Shown: positions 42,301 through 49,543 of the stretch, piece after piece
How the letters are laid out: each line of letters opens with the position of its first letter
How positions within the stretch are numbered: the stretch's first letter is position 1
Assembly: GCA_027482195.1 (NCBI GenBank)
Contig: JAIXWE010000053.1
Span: forward strand, 3,308 to 67,307
Direction: 5' to 3'
DNA from: Alphaproteobacteria bacterium
Lineage (GTDB): Bacteria > Pseudomonadota > Alphaproteobacteria > Micavibrionales > Micavibrionaceae
Length of the DNA: 64,000 bases
Notes under the pieces: generated by a model
Database searches by the model: none
Told to the model about the DNA's origin: nothing
What the model saw: the letters and a program-made list of their open reading frames with translations, nothing else
Program-made: the position numbers and the translations under genes

Positions 42301-43107
42301 GTTGTTATTCGTGTCAAAGAAACGGGGCAAATGTTTGCATGTGGGCGAACATCGCTTCATACCGTTCAATCAAATGATAAATCATTTTCAAGTATTCTTG
42401 AGAAGGCCAGTAATGATTACCTGCAATCCGGCCACAAACTTTCGGATAAAAAAAATCTTTTGTTTTTGGGAATTGAAAAACTATACCCGATAGCAAATAC
42501 CCGCCCGATTGATCAATCTTACCAGTCCTTATCACTTGCCAGCCCTCAATTTTATGGCCTTGTATCGCCGTGTTTTGCAAATTTACGGGACACATTTTTA
42601 ACAGCAGCTATTGTCCCATATGATTACGCATCACAACGTTTTATGAAGGGGGATCCTATCCACTTGCATGAAATGGAAGGACAAATTTTTGCGTCATCTA
42701 ATGGGCAGCGTAATCCCAACACAGGGCATATGTATGAATCTATCCTCGATGATATCAAGGGGGTTGACGAGAATGGTAATAAGCAAGGCATTACAATCGA
42801 GCAAATAATGCGCGACATTCGAAGTGGTGACTTGTCATCGGAATTTGTGAGAGCGGCCGGATTTTTAGGCCCTGATCATTTGGAGCAACATCTGCACGAT
42901 TGGACGGCGGCGCGTTTTAAATCAAATCCAGATCAGGAAAAATTTTTATTATGTTCCTTTGCACCGGTGAATGAGGTTTACCGTGAAACAGGAAGGGAGA
43001 AAGATAATAAATGGGTTTATTTTGATGGTCTTTCTGTACCAAGGGCGGCCATTTCGTGGGATGGGCAAATGCCACCACCTCAAAGTTATCGGCGGGTTTT
43101 TGTATAA
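39328..43107 (+). CDS. Giant protein (1259 aa) with an N-terminal exonuclease I (SbcB)-like DEDDh 3'-5' exonuclease domain
   Basis: Exo I motif IDFETSGLD (39412-39438), Exo II FYNARFDLPHL (39985-40017) and Exo III HGAAYDALGTVAL (40336-40374). The start overlaps the upstream stop by 8 nt (ATGTTTGA). About 900 C-terminal residues have no motif I recognise. Confidence 0.6.
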   Translation: MFDKNNQRIARKRFLWPQVTRGELMNLTIDFETSGLDRQNVPYATKSYSFTTEYGDALTDFAGNYLNSAQIFPRRPDWLVAQTPALILQRTPTGPADLDDESRIPYSQAWAAISWRIEQAMFAYDQFGHPTNIISIADYDKSFKHGQKDAIETVIDIPLLDDNGEIVYDLRYHPERRKISYRIDRDPQSPYYRVPHNIYYKDKDDKSLWKWVDPSLYVDFYNARFDLPHLRMQLYRTGSDPQDTTFLYARGTPSNKQRKRGHIVDVRHVAYATALYGPQGEQGLNLGRIIDERGRIRNSEALSAYLSSNSNFENPMRLIKQGIFMPDGSLHDPNMDHGAAYDALGTVALRNHCWDIAPWVCAEVVRQSDDNDRRHFLMRQDPVRTIFPLYTLPRRQEGLSHSDQLYWYLGNDNALGDFKDDIFLRVDGKLRHETYKEKLLKDLSVEEWVEYLSLKVTSSDPDRAVRMESHRLAPPAFAFDDVVNYTSQGGKYKSRFKDLSQDIKYITENEQMRERIFSAIALKNEVRRKNAHVPHVKLLEDELPSQYSIEVSFQDDARREEQRQQFIKSGYKGPEIQPGILDTIKNAMDNVYKFQRQIDSASRRLCLKAHPIDFFKDYELDDFAHMQDPDIAAVLQNYTDLCERVYSIYKKKESSYKDFLDEIVNPVTGGSFFKKGRFKAQTVGQAFYFRKELMRRALNDYDILLSYKGSDTHKKSYIEGVVDKKVYSLSHRGKQLFLFADPDNGVQGSQPFLVDEYGRRLELSYIKSISPRDAINLLVNENKWEIRFYRLRSDPTILRLAQRALDLDMGNIIPPAILHMYQADKRNRHLILPNETPTTSRIPTLLTDEIDITRLEIAASSQSPLILERAEDSALSVAARLIKQDESWRILSNSRAYNTEMTSSALSWQPCLSAAMFDPVSNLPYEFIEHLIPRDSSKDFEDDPNIIIIDVPVWHAHYPIEQYDPRLPFRGLVIDDIPKYQRELIRENRRHVVIRVKETGQMFACGRTSLHTVQSNDKSFSSILEKASNDYLQSGHKLSDKKNLLFLGIEKLYPIANTRPIDQSYQSLSLASPQFYGLVSPCFANLRDTFLTAAIVPYDYASQRFMKGDPIHLHEMEGQIFASSNGQRNPNTGHMYESILDDIKGVDENGNKQGITIEQIMRDIRSGDLSSEFVRAAGFLGPDHLEQHLHDWTAARFKSNPDQEKFLLCSFAPVNEVYRETGREKDNKWVYFDGLSVPRAAISWDGQMPPPQSYRRVFV

Positions 43108-43402
43108 TCTATTTCCGTTTTACTTTTTCAGTTTGTAATTTACCTGCATCATAATTGGGGTAGCGTAAATTTTTTTTCAGCCAATAATTAAAAAGTGTAA
43201 ACGCGTTTTTAGAGCGTTTTTAATTTTTGGAAATGAAAATCACGGATTTTCGCCAAAAAGCAAGTCCCCCTGATTAAGGTCTTGGTTAAGGCGTTGTAAA
43301 TATTGATTATAATTTATCTCAAATTCAAAATAGTTTCCATAATGTTTACGTTGATTTAACCTCCAGTGACTATCCTTAGAATCGTTCTGGGGAGAATAGA
43401 CA

Positions 43403-44455
43403 ATGGCCTTGTATCGGCAAGAAACAGGAAAATTCAAAATTGACGAGCGCGAGATCGATGCGACGTTACGTGGTGACGTTTTGCCATTACACACCGCGCC
43501 ATCATTGTCTCAAGATGAAGACGAAGCAATAGAAAATGAGGCAGGTTTTGGTGAGGGTCATACCCGTACGCGTGCCGCGTTATCAGAGTTTACAAATGCT
43601 GATCCGTTAAATGCCGCCGGTGCAGCGGAGAAATTGCGCCGCGATATTAACAGCCCACTTAACATCGGTGGTGGTGGCGGTGCGCTTTACACCGAAGATA
43701 AAAATCCATGGGGTCAAAACAAAGACGAGAAAAAAGACGACGTTGCCCAAAACGCCATGGGGGATATGGTTGAGCAAGCGCAAGAAAGTTTAAAGCGCGA
43801 TCGTGAGGTCATGCAACGCCAACGTGAAGAGCAATGGGCGAACATGATGAACGATGAATACGGCATCAACCTGACACCGGGGCAGTGGAAGCGCGTTGAA
43901 GATATCATGTCGGACGATTCCAAGCGCAAAAAACACTTTGATGATTTGCAAAAGAAAAATGGGTGGACAGACAAACAACGCGACGAAGCCGAAAAGGCAG
44001 CGATGGAGATTATTCGCCTCAAACAACTTTATGCCCAAGGGAAGATTTCCGAAGATGAACTTAAAAAACGCATGGGCGATCTCAAAGCCGAAAACCCAAC
44101 AGCTTTTAAAGATGCAGGAAAATCTGTTGAAGCAATCAGCGAATTTGATAGTAAGGATGCCAGTACAAAAATTACTGATGCAAGCGCACAATCGCGCGTG
44201 AAACAAACCGATGATGTTCAGGTTGCACGTGTTGAACAGAAAGCAGAGGTGAAAGCGTTACCATCCGGAACCCCGCAGTCCCAAAGTGATGTATCATTTG
44301 GGCGGGCACAATTTCCAACCGCTCCAAACGCGACGAATGATTTTAGCGCGGTGAATAATCCACAACCTGCAAAAGTTGAGACAGCACCAGCGGCACAACC
44401 AAACCCGGTACAGATAGCGAGCATTGAGCGCAAATTTGACGCCGTCGCGTTGTAA
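43403..44455 (+). CDS. Hypothetical highly charged protein (350 aa)
   Basis: GGGGAG lies 8 nt upstream of the ATG. The centre is rich in Lys/Glu/Asp/Gln helical sequence and the tail is Pro/Ala/Gln-rich. I recognise no motif. Confidence 0.5.
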   Translation: MALYRQETGKFKIDEREIDATLRGDVLPLHTAPSLSQDEDEAIENEAGFGEGHTRTRAALSEFTNADPLNAAGAAEKLRRDINSPLNIGGGGGALYTEDKNPWGQNKDEKKDDVAQNAMGDMVEQAQESLKRDREVMQRQREEQWANMMNDEYGINLTPGQWKRVEDIMSDDSKRKKHFDDLQKKNGWTDKQRDEAEKAAMEIIRLKQLYAQGKISEDELKKRMGDLKAENPTAFKDAGKSVEAISEFDSKDASTKITDASAQSRVKQTDDVQVARVEQKAEVKALPSGTPQSQSDVSFGRAQFPTAPNATNDFSAVNNPQPAKVETAPAAQPNPVQIASIERKFDAVAL

Positions 44456-44472
44456 AATCAAAGATTATAAAA

Positions 44473-45291
44473 TCAGGGATTAAGAGCCGCCAAGGTGGTG
44501 GGGGCTGATGATGTGCTCGCCGCCGCAACTTGTGGTCCTTTATAAAAAACGCTTGCAAGTTCAGTCGGGCGCGTTGCGGATGTTGTCGCCATAGTGCGCG
44601 TTACACCATCGCCATCAACAAAATGAATCCCCCCCTGACGGGTTGGCAAAGCATTCGGGCTATAACCAAAAATAAGGCGTGGGCCATAACGCTCACCGCC
44701 CTTTTCGGGGACTAATGTATCAGCCACAATCGCAACGCGATACCCGGCGGCATAACGTTTGGGAAGGCTTTCATCATTAACAGCCGCGCTTCCGAACGTA
44801 TCACGTGCCAATGCCGCGCGTGAAACGGCCGGGTCAATGCCGGTTAAGGCGGCTTGAGGAATGCGGTCAGATCCAGGGCCCGAAGTTGGGAAAACTTTGA
44901 TATTCGCCATAGTGATACCAACACAGGCCTTTGTCGGGGCGGATATAAAATCATACCCCACACCATTTTTTATGCCGCGTGACGCGGGCAATGTGCCATC
45001 GGCGTTGGGTTGAATTTTAAGGGGTGAATTAAAAGCAACGACATAGCCGCGTGAGCCGTTTGCGTTTGAATAAAAAATTTGACCGTCTTCGCCAATATTT
45101 TGTTGGTTGCCCATATAAATAGGAGCCATTTTTTCAGCACCTAGCTCGGTGCGCAATTGCGCGATTTCCGCATCACCATTGTAGCATTTTTCTTCCACTG
45201 CCGCATTTACCGCGGTTGCACCTGCGCAGATGGCAAACGCGAAGGCGGCTGCTGTTTTTGCGGTTTTCAAAGCTAAAGATGTGCGTGTCAT
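44473..45291 (-). CDS. Hypothetical secreted protein
   Basis: From the internal Met there is a clear signal peptide (MTRTSLALKTAKTAAAFAFAICAGATAVNA). I recognise no motif. The ORF extends to 45360. Confidence 0.5.
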   Translation of the reverse strand: MTRTSLALKTAKTAAAFAFAICAGATAVNAAVEEKCYNGDAEIAQLRTELGAEKMAPIYMGNQQNIGEDGQIFYSNANGSRGYVVAFNSPLKIQPNADGTLPASRGIKNGVGYDFISAPTKACVGITMANIKVFPTSGPGSDRIPQAALTGIDPAVSRAALARDTFGSAAVNDESLPKRYAAGYRVAIVADTLVPEKGGERYGPRLIFGYSPNALPTRQGGIHFVDGDGVTRTMATTSATRPTELASVFYKGPQVAAASTSSAPTTLAALNP

Positions 45292-45358
45292 GGCAATCAC
45301 CAATTTGTTTTTGTTTCTTGAATGCTTAAGACTATATATCAAAACACCCCGTCTTGGC

Positions 45359-45374
45359 AAATTTCACGTAAAAT
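45359..45374 (-). repeat. Right copy of the 16-bp perfect inverted repeat (AAATTTCACGTAAAAT on the plus strand)
   Basis: It is the reverse complement of 30327-30342. It lies 68-83 nt upstream of the ATG at 45291 and 59 nt from the tRNA-Ser 3' end. Confidence 0.9.
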
Positions 45375-45432
45375 GCGGGTTTGCGTCCGGCAAGGCGGCA
45401 CACTCAGGTAACGGGGGCGGGGGCTAAGCAAA

Positions 45433-45522
<90 letters not shown>

Positions 45523-45695
45523 TAAACCGCTGCGTAAACTGCTAAATTTTTCCTGCTTTGTCAAATCATTCCCTTTTATTCATATATTCATAAAACCTAA
45601 TTTCTGGGGATGAGGGTCATTTAACCCGCGCATTGGCCTTTTAAAAATGTCATCATAACGCCGCAAGAATCACTCCAGAATTTCAAAAGGTTGTC

Positions 45696-46757
45696 ATGAA
45701 ACATTGGTTACGGTCTGTTTTTGTCTTGGCTGCGTTGGCTTTTTCCTCTCCTGCGGCGGCACAAAACGCCAACACATTTGATATTTGGTTGCAGAATTTT
45801 AAAAAGGAAGCCCGTGCCCAGGGGATATCTGACACCACCTTAAATCAGGCTTTTCAAAATGTGCGCCCGATTGAGCGTGTGATTGAGCTGGATCGCAAAC
45901 AGCCGGAACGCAAAATCGGTTTTAATGAGTATCAGCAAAAAACCATGACAGCCCAACGTGTGGCCGAAGGCCGCCGCTTGCTGGCGGAGCATTGGACAAC
46001 GTTAAAGCGCATTGAAAAACAATACGGGGTTCAGGCGCAGTATATTGTCGCATTATGGGGCATGGAAACCAGTTACGGGCGCAATACGGGTGGGTTTGAC
46101 ATTATCGCGTCCTTATCCACCTTGGCGTGGGAAGGGCGGCGCGGGCCTTATTTCCGTGGGGAGCTTTTGAAAGCGTTGCGCATTCTGCAAGAAGGCCACG
46201 TGTCTCGCGCTGATTTCAAAGGATCATGGGCGGGTGCGATGGGACAAGTGCAATTCATGCCGTCCAGTTGGAAATCTTACGCGGTTGATGATGATGGCGA
46301 TGGGCACCGCAATATTTGGACATCAAAACGCGATGCGTTTGCTTCCGCCGCCAATTACTTATCACAACGCGGCTGGCAATATGGTCAAAGCTGGGGCCAA
46401 CAGGTGAGAGTGCCGCAAGGCTTTTCAAAAAATTTGATGGATCGGAACGTCCGAAAAACTGCGGCTGAATGGGCGCGTTTGGGGGTTCGAAAATTTGATG
46501 GGTCGGCGTTGAATGTCAAAGATACGACGCTTTTTTATTTGGTGGAACCACGCGGCGGTGACGGCCAGGTGTTTATGGGGGGGCCAAATTTACAAACCAT
46601 CATGTCGTGGAACAACTCAAACTTTTTTGCGATCACTGTGGGGGAATTGGCGGATCAAATTGCGGCAAAGGACGGTGCAAAGCCCGCACAAAAACCTGTG
46701 CCTTCCGTATTGCCCGCGATCACCATTCAACCACCCACTAATCACTATAACAATTAA
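45696..46757 (+). CDS. Lytic murein transglycosylase (MltB-like)
   Basis: It has a signal peptide, the catalytic region ALWGMETSYG and QFMPSSW. Confidence 0.85.
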   Translation: MKHWLRSVFVLAALAFSSPAAAQNANTFDIWLQNFKKEARAQGISDTTLNQAFQNVRPIERVIELDRKQPERKIGFNEYQQKTMTAQRVAEGRRLLAEHWTTLKRIEKQYGVQAQYIVALWGMETSYGRNTGGFDIIASLSTLAWEGRRGPYFRGELLKALRILQEGHVSRADFKGSWAGAMGQVQFMPSSWKSYAVDDDGDGHRNIWTSKRDAFASAANYLSQRGWQYGQSWGQQVRVPQGFSKNLMDRNVRKTAAEWARLGVRKFDGSALNVKDTTLFYLVEPRGGDGQVFMGGPNLQTIMSWNNSNFFAITVGELADQIAAKDGAKPAQKPVPSVLPAITIQPPTNHYNN

Positions 46758-46772
46758 GATAATGAGAGTTTT

Positions 46773-47711
46773 ATGATGAAAAGATTTTTTCTTTTGGCGT
46801 TGACGATGATGTCACTTTCCGCATGTTCGGAAGTGGAACTTTTTTCGCATGCGGTGAAAACATCGCGTGAGCCCGCGGTCGGGTCGGTGACACAACAAGG
46901 TACGTTCAAGGTCGGAAAAACATACACCGTGCTTGGGCAAACTTACACCCCGCGCGAGACTTATAGTTTCTCAGAAACCGGAATTGCATCATGGTACGGC
47001 CCCGGCTTTCATAAAGGCCGCACCGCATCGGGTGAGGTGTATGATAAATATGAAATGACGGCCGCGCACCGCACGCTGCAAATGCCGTCACTGGTGCGCG
47101 TGACCAATTTGGACAATGGACGTTCGGTGATTGTCCGCGTCAATGATCGCGGGCCATTTAAGCGCGGGCGGGTCATTGATGTTTCCAAACGTGCGGCCGA
47201 AATGTTGGGCATGATTGGCACGGGCACGGCCAAGGTGCGTATTGATTTATTGCCAGTTGAAAGCCGTATCATTGCCGAGGCCGCCAAAACGGGCATGAGC
47301 ACGAAGGGGGCGGAGGTTGCGATGAATCAAACTGGGCGTTTGCCTGATGAAATTATCCGCGCAGGCGGCGGCGGTGCATTGCAACCTGTGTCAATTCAAA
47401 CGGCATCCGCAAATGTGCCAGGGCATGTTGCAGGGGGCAATTTTTATCCTGATCCGGTTGTGACACAAATGCCCGTTACGCCATCGCAAATTTATGTGCA
47501 AGTCGGGGCGTTCGGGTCTCAAGAAAATGCACAAAAATTAGTCAGCCGTTTGGCAAGCGTGGGTCAGGCGACGGTGTATCCATCGAACATGGCGGGGCGC
47601 ACCATTTACCGCGTACGCCTTGGCCCGCTTGACAGTGTGAACAGAGCCGATAATGTGCTCTCGCGTGTGATTGCTGCGGGTCACAATGATGCAATTATTA
47701 CAGTTCAATAA
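46773..47711 (+). CDS. rlpA: Septal ring lytic transglycosylase RlpA (DPBB + SPOR)
   Basis: Lipobox LSAC, DPBB core GIASWYGPGFHKGRTASGE...VRVNDRGPF and a C-terminal SPOR domain (YVQVGAFGSQENAQKL). Confidence 0.9.
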   Translation: MMKRFFLLALTMMSLSACSEVELFSHAVKTSREPAVGSVTQQGTFKVGKTYTVLGQTYTPRETYSFSETGIASWYGPGFHKGRTASGEVYDKYEMTAAHRTLQMPSLVRVTNLDNGRSVIVRVNDRGPFKRGRVIDVSKRAAEMLGMIGTGTAKVRIDLLPVESRIIAEAAKTGMSTKGAEVAMNQTGRLPDEIIRAGGGGALQPVSIQTASANVPGHVAGGNFYPDPVVTQMPVTPSQIYVQVGAFGSQENAQKLVSRLASVGQATVYPSNMAGRTIYRVRLGPLDSVNRADNVLSRVIAAGHNDAIITVQ

Positions 47712-47738
47712 TAAAATTTAAGGACGGAGTTTTTTGAT

Positions 47739-48887
47739 ATGAATCGTTTGGGTTTTCTTTTTTGTGTTGTGTGCATGTTGTGTGCGGTCGTTTCTCCGGC
47801 ACTGGCCATTACCCCACCGGAAACAACGGCGGAAGAAGCTTTCATCCTCGATGATGCAACCGGCTCGGTTCTTTATGCGAAAAATGCGGATGTCAGAATG
47901 CCAACATCATCCATGTCAAAAGTGATGACGATGATTGTTGTTTTTGACGCGCTGCGCTCGGGTAAAATCTCCCTCAATCAAGAATTGCCGGTGTCGGAAA
48001 AAGCATGGCGCATGCAAGGCTCCAAGATGTTTGTTGATATCAACACACCCGTGAAGGTGGAAGATTTGATCCGCGGAGTGATTGTGCAATCGGGCAATGA
48101 TGCCTGCATCGTTTTGGCGGAAGGTATCGCGGGAACGGAAGAAAATTTTGCTGCACTGATGAACTCTAAGGCAAAAGAAATTGGTATGACAAATTCCAAT
48201 TTCATGAATGCGAGCGGTTGGCCAGATCCTAATCACTACTCAACGGCTCAAGACCTTGCGATCATGGCGCGCTATTTAATTGATAACTACCCCGAGGAAT
48301 ATAAATATTATTCCGAGCGTGAATTTACCTTTAATAATATCAAGCAAGGCAATCGTAACCCGTTATTATATTCTTATCCTGGCGCGGATGGTGTGAAAAC
48401 AGGCCATACGGAAGAAGCGGGTTACGGTCTCATCGGCTCGGCTGTTCAAAATGACCGTCGTGTTATCATGGTGATTAATGGAACGCCGGACATGCAAGCA
48501 CGCGCGGATGAAGCGCGTAAATTAATTGATTGGTCATTGAAAAGTTTTCGCAATGTTCATGTCTCGAAAAAAGGTGATCCGGTGACGGATGCACCTGTTG
48601 TTTTGGGAACGGAAACGGCTGTGACGTTGGTGGCGGATCGTGATGTCGTCATGACACTTCCCGCTGTGGGCAAGGTGGATATTAAAATGCAAGCTGTTTT
48701 CCCCGCACCACTTGTGGCACCCGTGAAAAAAGATACGCCGGTTGGAAAATTGGTTGTGACAATTCCAAATATGCCAACGCAAGAAATTCCTCTTATTGCT
48801 TCTGCGGATGTTGCCGCGAAACCATTTTTTGCGAGCGCTTTGGAAAAATTCATGATCCGCCTTGTGGGGGTTCCGAAATATCAATGA
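47739..48887 (+). CDS. D-alanyl-D-alanine carboxypeptidase (S11, PBP5/6-like)
   Basis: SxxK (SMSK), SGN and KTG motifs in the correct order, plus a signal peptide. Confidence 0.9.
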   Translation: MNRLGFLFCVVCMLCAVVSPALAITPPETTAEEAFILDDATGSVLYAKNADVRMPTSSMSKVMTMIVVFDALRSGKISLNQELPVSEKAWRMQGSKMFVDINTPVKVEDLIRGVIVQSGNDACIVLAEGIAGTEENFAALMNSKAKEIGMTNSNFMNASGWPDPNHYSTAQDLAIMARYLIDNYPEEYKYYSEREFTFNNIKQGNRNPLLYSYPGADGVKTGHTEEAGYGLIGSAVQNDRRVIMVINGTPDMQARADEARKLIDWSLKSFRNVHVSKKGDPVTDAPVVLGTETAVTLVADRDVVMTLPAVGKVDIKMQAVFPAPLVAPVKKDTPVGKLVVTIPNMPTQEIPLIASADVAAKPFFASALEKFMIRLVGVPKYQ

Positions 48888-49543
48888 AAGGTTTCTTCAT
48901 CACACTTGAAGGCGGGGAAGGGGCCGGAAAAAGCACACTGGCGCGCCATCTTCACAGTGTGTTGACGGGGCGTGGCCATCAAGTTCTTCTCACCCGTGAG
49001 CCGGGTGGCACGCCGACAGCGGAACGCATTCGTGACATTCTTGTGCAAAGATCCGAAGAAAATTTATCGGCGCAAACTGAAACACTTCTTTTATATGCCG
49101 CGCGTGATGTGCATGTGCGCAATGTGATTAAGCCTGCTTTGGCGGCGGGGTTTGTTGTGATTTGTGATCGCTTTGCTGACTCAACATTGTGTTACCAAGG
49201 CTACGCACAAGGCTTAGATTTGAATTGGATTCAAAATCTTCATACGCAGATTTTGGGTGATTTTTCACCAGATCTCACGTTTCTTCTTGATCTTCCCGTG
49301 AACGAAGGTTTGGCGCGTTCTTTGAAGCAAAAACAAAATACCAACGATGCGCGCGAGGGCAAAGAAGACAGATTTGAATCAAAAGATATTTCTTTTCATG
49401 AGAAATTACGCCAAGGATTTTTGACATTGGCTCAGCAAAATCAGCATCGTTTTGTTATTTTGAATGCGCAAGATAAATCGGAAGATGTCGCGCACAAGGC
49501 GTTGGCGGAATTAAAAGCACGTGGAATTTTCAATGCTGTTTGA
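48884..49543 (+). CDS. tmk: Thymidylate kinase
   Basis: P-loop EGGEGAGKST and TREPGGT. Confidence 0.9.
   Translation: MKGFFITLEGGEGAGKSTLARHLHSVLTGRGHQVLLTREPGGTPTAERIRDILVQRSEENLSAQTETLLLYAARDVHVRNVIKPALAAGFVVICDRFADSTLCYQGYAQGLDLNWIQNLHTQILGDFSPDLTFLLDLPVNEGLARSLKQKQNTNDAREGKEDRFESKDISFHEKLRQGFLTLAQQNQHRFVILNAQDKSEDVAHKALAELKARGIFNAV

Noticed and set aside
43308-43313. Perfect TATAAT hexamer about 90 nt upstream of the 43403 gene as a promoter -10 element.
   Set aside because: There is no convincing -35 element at 16-18 nt spacing (TTGTAA is only 8 nt away, TTGGTT is 20 nt away). TATAAT is expected by chance in AT-rich spacer.
43240-43494. 84-aa minus-strand ORF in the spacer before the charged-protein gene.
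   Set aside because: It overlaps the better-supported start of the 43403 gene, has no Shine-Dalgarno element and lies in AT-rich spacer where random ORFs are expected.
30327-45374. Reading the 16-bp inverted repeat as transposon terminal inverted repeats.
   Set aside because: The bases just outside the two copies (GTAATAAT and GCGGGTTT) are not a target-site duplication, and there is no transposase. An operator or promoter role fits better, so it is kept as a finding with both readings.
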